The notes under the pieces: generated by a model
The model's database searches: none
Told to the model about the DNA's origin: nothing
Seen by the model: the letters and a program-made list of their open reading frames with translations, nothing else
Part shown: piece after piece, positions 28,784 through 39,949 of the stretch
Layout of the letters: every line of letters starts with the position of its first letter
Numbering within the stretch: position 1 is the stretch's first letter
Assembly (NCBI GenBank): GCA_031285625.1
Contig: JAITVV010000018.1
Location: forward strand, 1-64,000
Length of the DNA stretch: 64,000 nt
Origin: Prevotella sp.
Lineage (GTDB): Bacteria > Bacteroidota > Bacteroidia > Bacteroidales > Dysgonomonadaceae
Direction of reading: 5' to 3'
Translations under genes and position numbers: made by a program

Positions 28784-30046
28784 ATGATTACAATTGACAA
28801 ATTCAACTTTTCAGGCAAAAAAGCCTTTGTTAGAGTTGATTTTAATGTGCCTTTGGATGCACAATTCAACATCACAGATGACACTCGTATTCGTGCTGCA
28901 ATGCCTACGCTTAAAAAAATTATAGCTGATGGTGGTAGCCCTATTATCGCTTCACACTTAGGTCGTCCAAAAGGCGTAGAAGAAAAGTACTCATTGAAAC
29001 ATATTCTTACTCATGTATCTAAACTTTTAGGAGTTGATGTACAGTTTGCAAACGACTGTGTTGGGGAAGAAGCCGGAGTAAAAGCTGCTGCTCTTCAACC
29101 GGGAGAAGCTCTATTGCTTGAAAATCTTCGTTTCTATGCTGAAGAGGAAGGAAAGCCTCGCGGATTAGCAGATGACGCTAGCGATGACGAAAAAGCCGCT
29201 GCAAAAAAAGCGATAAAAGAAAGCCAGAAAGAATTTACTAAAACTTTGGCTTCATATGCGGATGTATATGTAAATGATGCATTTGGTACAGCTCACCGTG
29301 CACATGCTTCTACGGCACTTATTGCTGACTACTTCGATGCGGAACATAAAATGTTCGGTTACCTGATGCAAAAAGAAATTGATGCAGTGGAAAAAGTAAT
29401 GAAAGATACTGCACGTCCGTTTACAGCAATCATTGGTGGTGCTAAAGTTTCTTCAAAAATTGATATTATTGAGAACCTGTTGGATAAGGTAAACAATCTT
29501 GTTATCGGTGGAGGTATGGCATTTACTTTCATCAAGGCTGCAGGGGGTAAAATTGGTAACTCATTGGTAGAAGATGACAAACTGGAGCTTGCTAATGAAA
29601 TAGTTGCTAAAGCTAAAACAAACGGTGTACAACTAGTAATTGCCAGCGATGCTAAGATTGCAGACGCTTTCAGCAACGATGCAAATACTAAGATTTCGGA
29701 AGCTAATGCAATTCCTGATGGATGGATGGGGCTTGACGTAGGTCCTAAAGGCGAAAAGGAAATTGCTGATGTATTGATGGCATCTAAAACTATTCTTTGG
29801 AATGGTCCTGTTGGTGTATTCGAATTCGACAACTTTGCTCAGGGTACAAAAGTAACTGCTGAGGCCGTTGCCTCTGCTACTAAAGCCGGAGCATTTTCTC
29901 TTGTAGGTGGTGGTGACTCTGTGGCTGCTGTTAACAAGTTCGGTCTGGCTGATCAGGTATCTTATGTATCTACAGGTGGTGGTGCTTTGCTTGAGTTTAT
30001 CGAAGGAAAAGTACTTCCTGGAATCAAAGCAATCAGAGGATATTAA
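28784..30046 (+). CDS. pgk: Phosphoglycerate kinase
   Basis: [37 protein letters not shown]. Confidence 0.98.
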   Translation: MITIDKFNFSGKKAFVRVDFNVPLDAQFNITDDTRIRAAMPTLKKIIADGGSPIIASHLGRPKGVEEKYSLKHILTHVSKLLGVDVQFANDCVGEEAGVKAAALQPGEALLLENLRFYAEEEGKPRGLADDASDDEKAAAKKAIKESQKEFTKTLASYADVYVNDAFGTAHRAHASTALIADYFDAEHKMFGYLMQKEIDAVEKVMKDTARPFTAIIGGAKVSSKIDIIENLLDKVNNLVIGGGMAFTFIKAAGGKIGNSLVEDDKLELANEIVAKAKTNGVQLVIASDAKIADAFSNDANTKISEANAIPDGWMGLDVGPKGEKEIADVLMASKTILWNGPVGVFEFDNFAQGTKVTAEAVASATKAGAFSLVGGGDSVAAVNKFGLADQVSYVSTGGGALLEFIEGKVLPGIKAIRGY

Positions 30047-30065
30047 GACTTCTTTATATTTTACT

Positions 30066-30099
30066 ATAAAGGCCTGGATTGATTAGTCCAGGCCTTTAT
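30066..30099. terminator. Bidirectional terminator after pgk
   Basis: taaaggcctgga/tccaggccttta stem flanked by A/T tracts. Confidence 0.85.
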
Positions 30100-30123
30100 T
30101 TATTTAGAACTGCTTATTAAGCC

Positions 30124-30333
30124 TTATTCATCTTCTTTGTATTCTATAATATCTCCTGGCTGACATTCTAAAGCTTTGCAAATAGCTTCCAATGTTGATA
30201 ACCGGATTGCCTTTGCTTTCCCATTTTTCAATATTGAAATATTAGCCATCGTTATTCCAACTTTTTCGGTAAGTTCGGTGACGCTCATCTTTCGCTTTGC
30301 AAGCATCACATCTATGTTGATTATAATTGCCAA
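30124..30333 (-). CDS. XRE/Cro-C1 HTH regulator (YozG family)
   Basis: MAIIINIDVMLAKRKMSVTEL...ANISILKNGKAKAIR...CQPGD; TTG start. Confidence 0.9.
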   Translation of the reverse strand: MAIIINIDVMLAKRKMSVTELTEKVGITMANISILKNGKAKAIRLSTLEAICKALECQPGDIIEYKEDE

Positions 30334-30344
30334 TTTTTTATCTT

Positions 30345-30827
30345 TTAAATCGTTAAGTCATTTTCATCTTTCATATCCACCCCATTTTGCAAGACTCTTT
30401 CTCCTACAGCCGCAGCTGTACCGATAATAGTAGATATAAAAATCATAGCAAGTCCCATGGCAACACCTCCGGCAATATCCTCAGTACCACGCTGAAATAT
30501 AAAGAAGTAGGCTTCTGCTCCAGTAATAAAAACAATTAGGACTATCGCACAATATTTTATAGTCTGTAAAGCCCTGACAGAATTTCGCGAGAATATTCTG
30601 TTTTGCCCGATATATCCCAGTAGCTTAAAAACTTGATATAATACCACAAAGAAAGAAATAGATGCAATATACACATATGCAAGAAATGGGTCTTTGAAAT
30701 AAATCTCAAAGGGTGTTGCATGTATATTTCTGCCTTCAAGGTGGGGTTCCCAAAGCATAAGAGCCAGAGTTCCTGTGCCGATGAAGACTACGACTATCTG
30801 GAGAAATATTATTGAAACTCTTTTCAT
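30345..30827 (-). CDS. DUF2975 membrane protein (YoaS-like)
   Basis: Several TM helices, C-terminal MKDENDLTI, paired with a YozG-like HTH gene. Confidence 0.85.
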   Translation of the reverse strand: MKRVSIIFLQIVVVFIGTGTLALMLWEPHLEGRNIHATPFEIYFKDPFLAYVYIASISFFVVLYQVFKLLGYIGQNRIFSRNSVRALQTIKYCAIVLIVFITGAEAYFFIFQRGTEDIAGGVAMGLAMIFISTIIGTAAAVGERVLQNGVDMKDENDLTI

Positions 30828-30956
30828 GATTTTTTAAATTATTGATTGATCATTACATTTATATTGTTTGCAAATATATAAAATATATCGAAATACGATA
30901 AATTATTATTGTTTTTTTGTTTATTCAAAAAATATTTGCAGACCTTTTTGTTGATC

Positions 30957-31654
30957 TTATAATCTAAAAACTATGGGTAATATGAAAAAGGCATCTACAT
31001 TTTCTCCTTTATGTTTTGCCGGTATCCAACTTGGCATTAGGTTGATGATACGCAATGCTTCTTTATCTAATAGGGGTGTTAAGCCCTTATAATTTCCGGT
31101 GATTCTATTTTACCTTCCTTAGTTACGATAAAGCGGATAGTTACTCTACCCCGAGGACACAGAGAACAACTGTCTCCAAAGCATTCATACTCAATTATCG
31201 GATATTTAAGATTTTTTTGTATAAAATTATACAAAGCTTGCTCTCCATCTGGAAAAAAAGGGAGTTGATATATTTTCCTACTATTAATAGTAGGAAGCGT
31301 AAAGTTGACTGGTAATATGATTTCATCTGAGAGTTTATTCTTATTTACCGGAATCCATCTAGGCATGGTCTTCATCATTTTTATAACAGCACTATCACAC
31401 GCACTTTCCAGACTTTTATTTATTCTTATGTTTACTACATCTCCGTTAGGAGCAATGTTAAATTGTATAATCACTTGTCCTTCTATTCCTTTTATTTGAG
31501 CAAATTCGGGATATACAAGATTATCTTTTATAAACTTCGTTAGTGCCTTTTCCCCTCCAGGATAAGCTGGTATTGGTTCTGCTGAAACAAAAATATCTTG
31601 TGACATAATAGATAAGCCGTAGAGGAGGAAGATGAAAGTAAATATGTATCTCAT
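30957..31654 (-). pseudogene. Tandem TonB C-terminal domain protein with a frameshift near 31084
   Basis: The ORF stops at IIRA* (31079). The shifted frame continues LTPLLDKEALRIINLMPSWIPAKHKGENVDAFFILPIVFRL* to 30957, completing the second TonB_C domain. Confidence 0.8.
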
Positions 31655-31776
31655 AGTTTAATTACTTTCTTATATAGAAGTACAGAATGATAAAATTCCA
31701 TAATAAGATTTCTGATTTTTTTTGTGTGACTATAAACCGCTAAACTTTTTGTACTTTTGAATAAAAAATCTTACTA

Positions 31777-32088
31777 ATGATTATTTTCAATACAACTTTC
31801 CATGTAGAAGACGATGTGTGTGATGAATATATCCGTTTTATGAAAGAAAATTATATTGTAAAAGCTGCTAACAGTGGTTTTCTACATGAACCACGCTTTG
31901 CGCGGATACATGCGCAACACGAAGAAAGTGGGAGCAGTTATTCGCTCCAGTTCAAAGTGAAAAATCTGGATACACTGAACCATTGGTATGCTACTGAAGG
32001 AGAAGCCTTGCAAAAGGAAATTACAACATACTTTGGTAATAGAGCTTTGGGTTTTGTTACTATCCTTGAAGAAATAGACCTCGGATGA
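31777..32088 (+). CDS. DUF4286 family protein
   Basis: [10 protein letters not shown]...SYSLQF; usual position upstream of ruvC. Confidence 0.8.
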   Translation: MIIFNTTFHVEDDVCDEYIRFMKENYIVKAANSGFLHEPRFARIHAQHEESGSSYSLQFKVKNLDTLNHWYATEGEALQKEITTYFGNRALGFVTILEEIDLG

Positions 32089-32645
32089 TAGAGAAAGAAC
32101 GGATTATATTGGGGATAGACCCGGGGACTCAGGTGATGGGATATGGTGTATTGCGTGTAGTGAACAATAAACCTGAATTATTAGCTATGGGTATTCTCCA
32201 ACTAAGCAAATATGATGACCATTATCTAAAGCTTCGCCGTATTTTTGAACGCATAATTAGTCTGATCGATGAATTTCTTCCTGATGAATTGGCTATTGAG
32301 GCTCCCTTTTTTGGAAAGAATGTGCAAAGTATGCTAAAGTTGGGTAGAGCACAGGGGGTAGCTATGGCGGCTGCTTTGTCGCGTGATATTCCCATTTTTG
32401 AATATGCTCCGCTGAAAATAAAAATGTCGATAACCGGAAATGGTCGTGCTGCTAAGGAACAGGTTGCCTATATGTTACAACATTTTCTGAAAATTCCTGA
32501 CGAAAATATGCTCCCGCAGATGGATGCTACGGATGGATTAGCTGCTGCAGTTTGTCATTATTTCCAAACAAATAATCCTTCTCAGGAAAAAAAGTTTACA
32601 AGTTGGAAAGATTTTATAAATAAAAATCCCGGAAAAGTTAAATAA
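32085..32645 (+). CDS. ruvC: Holliday junction resolvase RuvC
   Basis: [31 protein letters not shown]. Confidence 0.96.
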   Translation: MIEKERIILGIDPGTQVMGYGVLRVVNNKPELLAMGILQLSKYDDHYLKLRRIFERIISLIDEFLPDELAIEAPFFGKNVQSMLKLGRAQGVAMAAALSRDIPIFEYAPLKIKMSITGNGRAAKEQVAYMLQHFLKIPDENMLPQMDATDGLAAAVCHYFQTNNPSQEKKFTSWKDFINKNPGKVK

Positions 32646-33320
32646 TTGTCTAATCTGATGATTTACAATGATCTGAAAAGTATAGAATACGGGCAGGCAT
32701 GGGAGTATCAGCAGGAGTTATTCGCATATTCTCTAAGCCGCAAGGATAGCCATGTTTCGACAGAAAACTATCTTTTGTTTTGCGAACACCCTCATGTTAT
32801 CACAATTGGTAAACATGGTAAACATGAAAATCTCCTGTTTCAGGAAAGTTTTCTCAAAGAAAAAGGAGTATCACTTTTCCAGATTGACCGTGGAGGAGAT
32901 ATTACATATCATGGTCCCGGGCAACTTGTTGGTTATCCGATCTTTGATCTTGAATCCTATAATATAGGATTGCGACAATATATTTTTAACCTGGAAGAAA
33001 TTATTATACGTCTTCTGTCTTCTTATAATATTCAATCGGAAAGACTAAATGGTGCTGCCGGTGTTTGGATTAATACAACTATACCTTCCCATACGCGAAA
33101 AATAGCAGCAATTGGTGTTCGTAGTAGCCGCTTTGTCACAATGCATGGATTTGCCTTGAATATAAATACCGATTTATCTTATTTTTCACTGATAAATCCT
33201 TGTGGCTTTATTGACAAGGGTGTTACATCTATGGAAAAGGAACTCGGATATAAGGTTGATATGGAGGAGGTGAAAGATAAGATGAGAAAATTATTTGAGG
33301 AGATTTTTGTGGGAAAATAG
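32646..33320 (+). CDS. lipB: Lipoyl(octanoyl) transferase
   Basis: CEHPHVITIG, RGGDITYHGPGQ, KIAAIG, HGFALN, INPCG. Confidence 0.95.
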   Translation: MSNLMIYNDLKSIEYGQAWEYQQELFAYSLSRKDSHVSTENYLLFCEHPHVITIGKHGKHENLLFQESFLKEKGVSLFQIDRGGDITYHGPGQLVGYPIFDLESYNIGLRQYIFNLEEIIIRLLSSYNIQSERLNGAAGVWINTTIPSHTRKIAAIGVRSSRFVTMHGFALNINTDLSYFSLINPCGFIDKGVTSMEKELGYKVDMEEVKDKMRKLFEEIFVGK

Positions 33321-33364
33321 CAGAAGGACAAACTGTGGAAAGGCTTTATCATAGTATTTCACTT

Positions 33365-33674
33365 GTAGGGCGTATTGCATACATCTGAAGACAAAATCCA
33401 ATAAACAGGCGTATTCAATATATTGAATACGCCCGCAAATATAAATATAGTACCTAATGATAATCCGGACATGAACACTACATCCCTACAATCACCATCG
33501 CAAACAGTTGGAGCTATTGTGCGGGGATTCAAATCATCGGTTACTAAATGTATTGGATTTCCTGTATGGCAACGTAATTACCATGAACATATCATACGAA
33601 ATAAAAATTCGTTGCAGACTATTTCCCAGTATATAATTGAAAATCCAGCCCGATGGCAAGATGATTGTTATTAA
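33365..33674 (+). mobile_element. Remnant of a REP-associated tyrosine transposase (RAYT/Y1) with REP-like palindromes
   Basis: Only the C-terminal part remains (VGAIVRGFKSSVT...VWQRNYHEHIIRN...YIIENP). GTAGGG at 33365, CCCTAC ending at 33489, perfect 26-bp palindrome at 33408-33433. Confidence 0.75.
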
Positions 33675-33693
33675 TAAATAATGCTATTTACCA

Positions 33694-34449
33694 ATGAAAA
33701 ATTTACAAAATAAAATAGTTTTTATCACAGGAGGAGCTAATGGTATCGGCAAAGCGATAGTAAAAGCTTTCTGTGAAGCCGGGGCAGATGTTACATTTTG
33801 CGATATGGACGAAATTGCAGGACAGCAATTAAAAGATGAAATGAGATCTTATAAATGTTCATTTGTTCATCTCGATGTTATCGATGCAGGAGCTTTAACC
33901 AATACTGTCAATACTATTCTTTCAGAGAAAGGTAATATCGATATTCTGATCAATAATGTAGGCGTAGGTAATTTTGGTTCTATACTGGATGTATCTGTTG
34001 AGGAATTTGATAAGACGCTGGAAATAAATCTGCGGCCTGTATTCATTACGGCTAAATTATTAGCGAAACATCGTTCATTGTATAAAGATTTGAATTCATA
34101 TGGACGTATTATCAACATGTCATCTACCCGCTACCTAATGAGTGAGCCCGATACAGAGGCTTATGCTGCATCTAAAGGAGCAGTTGTATCCCTTACTCAT
34201 GCATTGGCTGTTTCTTTGAGTAGATATAATATTACGGTGAATTGTATCAGTCCGGGCTGGATAGATACAGGACATTATGGAGAACTAAGGCCTATAGACC
34301 ACAATCAGCATCCATCCGGAAGGGTCGGACGTCCGGAAGATATCGCCGGAACATGCCTCTTTTTGTGTGATCCTGCCAATGACTTTATCAATGGGCAAAA
34401 TATTGTGGTCGATGGCGGTATGACTAAAAAAATGATATATGTAGAATAA
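33694..34449 (+). CDS. Short-chain dehydrogenase/reductase
   Basis: TGGANGIG, NNVG, YAASKG, ISPGWI. Confidence 0.92.
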   Translation: MKNLQNKIVFITGGANGIGKAIVKAFCEAGADVTFCDMDEIAGQQLKDEMRSYKCSFVHLDVIDAGALTNTVNTILSEKGNIDILINNVGVGNFGSILDVSVEEFDKTLEINLRPVFITAKLLAKHRSLYKDLNSYGRIINMSSTRYLMSEPDTEAYAASKGAVVSLTHALAVSLSRYNITVNCISPGWIDTGHYGELRPIDHNQHPSGRVGRPEDIAGTCLFLCDPANDFINGQNIVVDGGMTKKMIYVE

Positions 34450-34484
34450 TTTGCTATCTTTATGTGACTAAAAACCTGATCACT

Positions 34485-35699
34485 ATGAAAGGCCTGAATT
34501 TTATTCTGCTGATGCTATTTGCAGTTTCAATGCAAATTTCAGCTTGTACTACAGCTATTATCTCAGGAAAATGTACTGCAGATGGGCGTCCTTTGCTTTA
34601 TAAGCACAGGGATACCGGGGCTTTGCAAAATAAGCTGATGACATTCACGGATGGCAAATATAATTACATTGGCCTTGTTAATAGTAATGATAAAGTTGGA
34701 AAGGAAGTTTGGGGAGGTTATAACTCTTCCGGCTTTGCAATTATGAATTCAGCATCTTATAATTTGAATAATACAGAAGCCGGACCTGAAGAGCGTGAAG
34801 GAATTGTTATGAAACAGGCTTTGCAACAATGCGCTACTCTTGCCGATTTTGAAAAAATGCTGGAAACTTTACCTAAACCGCTTTATGTAAATGCTAATTT
34901 TGGAGTGATTGACGCTAATGGAGGCGCAGCTTATTATGAAACAGGCGATTATGAATTCAAAAAGTTTGATGCAAATGACCCTTCTGTTGCCCCTATGGGA
35001 TACATTGTTCGTACAAATTTTTCTTTTTCCGGAGAACGTGCCAGAGATAAAGGGTTGAGCCGTTATCAGGCAGCAGAACCTTTATTTTATAGTGCCTCAT
35101 TGACGGGTACTCTCTCTTATCGCTTTTTGTTACAGGAGGTATCCAGGCATTTGGTACACGGACTCACTGGTGCAAATCTGTATGATGCGACCCCTCAAGA
35201 CAGTCATAAACCTGTTTTTGTAGCATTCAGGGATTATATACCCCGTTATTCTACATCTTCTGTTATTGTTGTGCAGGGCGTGAAGGATAAAGAACCTGCC
35301 TCTCTAACTTCTATGTGGACGATACTAGGTTCTCCGCTTACAACACCTGCTGTGCCGGTATGGCTGAATAAAGATAATATTTACCCTTCTGTTCTATTTG
35401 CTAATGAAACTGGGAATGCTAAAATTTGTAACTGGTCACTGGACTTGAAGAAACGACTTTTCCCCATAACAAGAGGGGAAGGGAATGATTATATAAATAT
35501 GGCAGCACTTATCTCTGCCGATGGGAATGGTATTCTGCAAAAATTGAGACCTATAGAGGACCGTATACTTCATAACTCAGATATTTTGTATGACATTATG
35601 CGTAAGGGAGGCTATAACCCCTCAAAGCAAAAAGAGTTTTGCGATTGGGTAGATCAATTCGTAACGGAATCCTACAATCAGATATTTTCAATAAATTGA
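34485..35699 (+). CDS. Secreted Ntn-hydrolase (C45/C69-like)
   Basis: Signal peptide followed by N-terminal nucleophile CTTAII; KHRDT, ANFGVIDA, RTNF. Confidence 0.75.
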   Translation: MKGLNFILLMLFAVSMQISACTTAIISGKCTADGRPLLYKHRDTGALQNKLMTFTDGKYNYIGLVNSNDKVGKEVWGGYNSSGFAIMNSASYNLNNTEAGPEEREGIVMKQALQQCATLADFEKMLETLPKPLYVNANFGVIDANGGAAYYETGDYEFKKFDANDPSVAPMGYIVRTNFSFSGERARDKGLSRYQAAEPLFYSASLTGTLSYRFLLQEVSRHLVHGLTGANLYDATPQDSHKPVFVAFRDYIPRYSTSSVIVVQGVKDKEPASLTSMWTILGSPLTTPAVPVWLNKDNIYPSVLFANETGNAKICNWSLDLKKRLFPITRGEGNDYINMAALISADGNGILQKLRPIEDRILHNSDILYDIMRKGGYNPSKQKEFCDWVDQFVTESYNQIFSIN

Positions 35700-35897
35700 A
35701 TTACATTTATCTATATATAAGTATCTTAGTCAAAAAAAACAATAAAAGAAAGTGACATCACAAAACAATGTAAAAACTATTACTTTTGTAACCTTTGTCA
35801 CCTTTTAACAGTTTATATATTTATTATAAACAAAATATCGATTTTGCAACAGTGTTAACTTTTGCAGATAATATTAACGATTAAATATAAATTGAAT

Positions 35898-37253
35898 ATG
35901 ATTTTATACGATGTTGCCATTATTGGCGGAGGGCCGGCTGGCTATACAGCAGCAGAGAGAGCTTCTGCAAATGGACTAAAAACTATACTCTTCGAAAAGA
36001 ATGCTTTGGGTGGTGTTTGTTTAAATGAAGGTTGTATTCCAACCAAAACACTTTTATATTCAGCTAAAACACTTGATAATATAAAAAATTCCACAAAATA
36101 TGGAATTACCGTAGAAGGTCAGCCCGCATTCGATCTGGGAAAGATAATCGCACGCAAACAAAAAACTGTACGTAAGTTAGTGGCAGGTATAAAGCAAAAA
36201 CTGGCAGCTCATGATGTAACCGTTATTAGTGGTGAAGCAGCTATTGAAGGTGAGGACGGAGAACGGAATGTACTGATCTCTTGTAATGGAGAAACTATCA
36301 CAGCCGCCAAGGTATTGTTGTGTACCGGTTCCGAAACGGTTATTCCTCCTATTAAAGGATTAGATGAATCAGGGTATTGGACATCAAAGGAAGCCTTAGA
36401 TAACAAGGAAGTGCCCGAGTCTTTAGCTATTATTGGCGGTGGTGTTATTGGTGTAGAGTTTGCTTCTTTCTTCAATAGTTTAGGCTCTAGGGTAACAGTA
36501 ATAGAAATGTTGCCGGAAATACTAGGGGTAATGGATAAAGAATTATCTGCCATGCTTCGTGCTGAATATACAAAGAAAGGGATCGAATTCCATTTAGATA
36601 CCAAAGTTGTTGAAATCCGGAACGATCAAATTATAATAGAGAAAGATGGAGAACAATCATGTGTTCAGACTGCTCAGATACTACTCAGTACCGGACGCCG
36701 TCCTATCACGGCAAATCTTAATCTTGACAGGCTCGATATCGAGATGTTCAGAAATGGTGTAAAGGTAGACGAATGGATGAAAACATCGCATCCTAATGTA
36801 TATGCATGCGGAGATATAACAGGTCATTCCCTGTTGGCACACACAGCTGTGCGTGAAGGCGAAGTTGCTATCAATCATATCTTAGATAGGATTGATCATA
36901 TGAACTATCAGGCTATCCCCGGAGTTGTATATACTAATCCTGAAATTGCCGGAGTAGGACAAACGGAAGAGGAGCTTACAGCAAAAGGTGAAAGATTTAG
37001 TGTACTTAAATTACCAATGGCGTATTCGGGACGCTTTGTCGCTGAAAACGAGCTCGGAAACGGTGTTTGCAAGCTAATTATCAGCGAAAATAAGAAAATA
37101 ATAGGCTGCCATATGCTGGGAAATCCTGCATCTGAATTGATTGTTATTGCGGGTATTGCCATTGAGAAAAGTTTTACTGTTGAAGAGTTCCAAAAGATAG
37201 TCTTTCCGCATCCTACAGTAGGTGAAATCATTCATGAGGCATTGTTCTCCTAA
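35898..37253 (+). CDS. lpdA: Dihydrolipoyl dehydrogenase
   Basis: GGGPAG, GGVCLNEGCIP, GGGVIG, HPTVGE. Likely ATG 35898. Confidence 0.95.
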   Translation: MILYDVAIIGGGPAGYTAAERASANGLKTILFEKNALGGVCLNEGCIPTKTLLYSAKTLDNIKNSTKYGITVEGQPAFDLGKIIARKQKTVRKLVAGIKQKLAAHDVTVISGEAAIEGEDGERNVLISCNGETITAAKVLLCTGSETVIPPIKGLDESGYWTSKEALDNKEVPESLAIIGGGVIGVEFASFFNSLGSRVTVIEMLPEILGVMDKELSAMLRAEYTKKGIEFHLDTKVVEIRNDQIIIEKDGEQSCVQTAQILLSTGRRPITANLNLDRLDIEMFRNGVKVDEWMKTSHPNVYACGDITGHSLLAHTAVREGEVAINHILDRIDHMNYQAIPGVVYTNPEIAGVGQTEEELTAKGERFSVLKLPMAYSGRFVAENELGNGVCKLIISENKKIIGCHMLGNPASELIVIAGIAIEKSFTVEEFQKIVFPHPTVGEIIHEALFS

Positions 37254-37272
37254 ATGCTTATTTAGCATTTAG
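37250..37272. terminator. Hairpin between convergent lpdA and nadK
   Basis: ctaaatgct/agcatttag stem. Confidence 0.5.
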
Positions 37273-37275
37273 AAA

Positions 37276-38145
37276 CTAGCTTTGTCGGGGATCGATACCC
37301 CACATCAGCTTGTTTCGGAGAGTATTGTAGAATGTATTTTCTTTACGTTTAATCACCTTGAGCGTAAAGTCAGCTTTCTTAATAGTCAGTCTTGTTCCTG
37401 TTTTAAAGATATTTGACCGGCCATCCAGAGATATCAGGAAATTATCATTCCTGCTCTCTACTTCTAGAGTAATAATACTATCATCTGGTATTACCAATGG
37501 CCTGTTGCCAAGACTGTGCGGGGCAATAGCAGATATGACGAAATTAGAAGTTGTAGGGGTCATTATCGGACCTCCTACACTTAATGAATAGGCCGTAGAG
37601 CCGGTCGGTGTTGCCACAATTAGCCCGTCAGCCTCATACGATGTCAGGTATTCATCATTGATATGTGCATGCAGTGTGATCATTGATGCACTATCCTGTT
37701 TCATGATGGCTATTTCATTCAGTGCATAATTGAACCCGTGGTAAACTTTTTTCTCGGTGGATAATTGCAGTTGGCTACGGTGTTCTATCCGGTAGTTTCC
37801 GTTAAAAATATCCGTAAAAGTTTCCTCCAGATCCTTTTCACCGACGTCAGCTAAAAAACCTAATCTTCCGGCATTTATCCCTAAAATGGGTATATTCTTT
37901 TTACCTATCACCGAAGTAGTACGTAAGAAAGTCCCGTCACCACCTATGCTGACTACCAGATCCACATCAAAGTTTTCATCCTTTATGATTCCGGCAATGT
38001 TATATTGCAGATGAAATGCATCTTTCAGATAATTATAGAATTTCTCCTGAAGGTATATTTCAATATTGTTATCGCCTAAGATGGAAAACAACTTCTCTAC
38101 TTGTTCTCTTTTCTGATGCTTACTTCCGAAGATGGCAATTTTCAT
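37276..38145 (-). CDS. nadK: NAD kinase
   Basis: GGDGTFL, GINAGRLGFL, NE, DGLIVATPTGSTAYSLS. Confidence 0.96.
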   Translation of the reverse strand: MKIAIFGSKHQKREQVEKLFSILGDNNIEIYLQEKFYNYLKDAFHLQYNIAGIIKDENFDVDLVVSIGGDGTFLRTTSVIGKKNIPILGINAGRLGFLADVGEKDLEETFTDIFNGNYRIEHRSQLQLSTEKKVYHGFNYALNEIAIMKQDSASMITLHAHINDEYLTSYEADGLIVATPTGSTAYSLSVGGPIMTPTTSNFVISAIAPHSLGNRPLVIPDDSIITLEVESRNDNFLISLDGRSNIFKTGTRLTIKKADFTLKVIKRKENTFYNTLRNKLMWGIDPRQS

Positions 38146-38351
38146 AATTCTTTCTTTTTAGATCGATCTATTTGTACACAAAACAAATAATCACTCAAGC
38201 TGTTAATAAAATGGAACTGATACCCGCTTTTTCAGCAAATCATATTACATTTGTAGCTTAATATCGTTTCACAAAGTTGCTAAAAAACTTTTAACTGTGA
38301 AGTGGTTTTTGCAATTATGTAAGTGATATTTTTTAATTGTTCAATTCAGAT

Positions 38352-39077
38352 ATGACAAAGTTAAGCGTAAATATTAATAAGGTAGCTACATTACGTAATG
38401 CTCGTGGAGGAAATGTTCCCGATGTAATCAAAGTGGCTCTTGATTGTGAGAGATTCGGGGCTGAAGGAATTACTGTTCATCCTCGTCCGGATGAGAGACA
38501 TATTCGTTTCAAAGATGTATATGATCTGAAAGCTAAGATCAGGACAGAACTAAATGTGGAAGGGTATCCTACTCAGAAGTTCATTGATTTGATCACGACC
38601 ATTAGGCCAACACAGGTAACATTAGTTCCTGATAAACCGGATGCAATTACTTCAAATGCCGGTTGGGATACGATTGAGAACCAACAATTTTTGTCTGACC
38701 TGATTGATACATTTAGAGCTGTAGGTGTTCGTACTTCTATCTTTGTGGGCACTGATCTCAAAATAATAGAATTTGCAGCTAAAACCGGTACGGATAGAGT
38801 TGAATTATATACCGAACCTTATGCCAATATTTATGCTAAAAATAAGGAAGAGGCCGTTGCTCCTTTTATTGAAGCCGCTAAGCTGGTAAAAAAACTCGGA
38901 CTTGGCGTTAATGCAGGTCATGATTTGAGTTTAGAGAATCTGAATTATCTATATAAAAATATCCCTTGGCTTGATGAGGTCTCTATTGGGCATGCTCTGA
39001 TCAGTGATGCTCTTTATTTGGGTTTGGATAAGACAATAAAAGCATATAAAGACTGTTTGAAAGATAAACAAGATTAA
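38352..39077 (+). CDS. pdxJ: Pyridoxine 5'-phosphate synthase
   Basis: [40 protein letters not shown]. Confidence 0.97.
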   Translation: MTKLSVNINKVATLRNARGGNVPDVIKVALDCERFGAEGITVHPRPDERHIRFKDVYDLKAKIRTELNVEGYPTQKFIDLITTIRPTQVTLVPDKPDAITSNAGWDTIENQQFLSDLIDTFRAVGVRTSIFVGTDLKIIEFAAKTGTDRVELYTEPYANIYAKNKEEAVAPFIEAAKLVKKLGLGVNAGHDLSLENLNYLYKNIPWLDEVSIGHALISDALYLGLDKTIKAYKDCLKDKQD

Positions 39078-39079
39078 AA

Positions 39080-39943
39080 ATGGAGGCACAAAAAGACAGA
39101 ATGATAAGCATAGGGGCAACTGTAGGGTTCCACTTACTGATTATTTTAGCTCTTATCTTTTATACTTTGGATCTGACACCTATTGTGAGACAGAGCGAAG
39201 ATTTGGGAGGTGTGCCCGTTATGTTCGGCAATGTTCCCGATGCCTTTGGTGATGATGAACCTTTTGGACGGGGAAATGGTGATGTTGGTGCCACAGAAGC
39301 TACATCTCCTAATGTGGTGGAAGATCCAATTCCGTTAGTGGATAATACTTCTAAAGAAGTGAAGCCAGTGGTAAAAAATGCAGATGAGGCTCCCGTTACT
39401 CAAAACTTTGAAGAAACAGTAGCCATAAAAGAGGCTGCTAAAAAAATTGAGGCAAAAAAACAACAGGAAGCTGAGGAGAAACGTAAAAAAGCTGAGGCGG
39501 ATCGTATTATACAACAAGAGGCTGCTAAGAAAGGGCAGATAAATGATAAAATGGCCGGATTGTTTGGTAATGGAACTGGCAGTGGTAGTCGGGGTAATAC
39601 AGAAGGTACCGGTACTCAAGGCGTTCCTACCGGAAATGCCAGCTATGGGAAAACATCCGGAGTTGGAGGATGGGGTTCTTTCGATCTTGGTGGACGTAGT
39701 CTTGGCAGCGGCGGACTGATCAAGCCCAATTATTCTGTGGATGACTATGGTACTGTTGTTGTCGATATCCTTGTCGACGCCAAAGGTAATGTGGTAGAAG
39801 CAACAATTGGGAAAGGAACAAATACCCCTAATACTAATTTGCGGAATGAAGCCGTAAGAGCTGCTAAACGTACTAAGTTTAATGCTGTATCATCTGTCAC
39901 AAATCAAAAGGGAACAATCACATATAAGTTTAATCTAAATTAA
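39080..39943 (+). CDS. TonB/TolA-like energy transducer
   Basis: TM helix with conserved His, charged helix, Gly-rich linker, C-terminal GTVVVDILVDAKGNV...GTITYKF. Confidence 0.82.
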   Translation: MEAQKDRMISIGATVGFHLLIILALIFYTLDLTPIVRQSEDLGGVPVMFGNVPDAFGDDEPFGRGNGDVGATEATSPNVVEDPIPLVDNTSKEVKPVVKNADEAPVTQNFEETVAIKEAAKKIEAKKQQEAEEKRKKAEADRIIQQEAAKKGQINDKMAGLFGNGTGSGSRGNTEGTGTQGVPTGNASYGKTSGVGGWGSFDLGGRSLGSGGLIKPNYSVDDYGTVVVDILVDAKGNVVEATIGKGTNTPNTNLRNEAVRAAKRTKFNAVSSVTNQKGTITYKFNLN

Positions 39944-39949
39944 ATTGAT

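Noticed and set aside
30124-30827. HTH plus membrane gene pair as a toxin-antitoxin system
   Set aside because: Matches the widespread DUF2975/YozG pair; no toxin motif.
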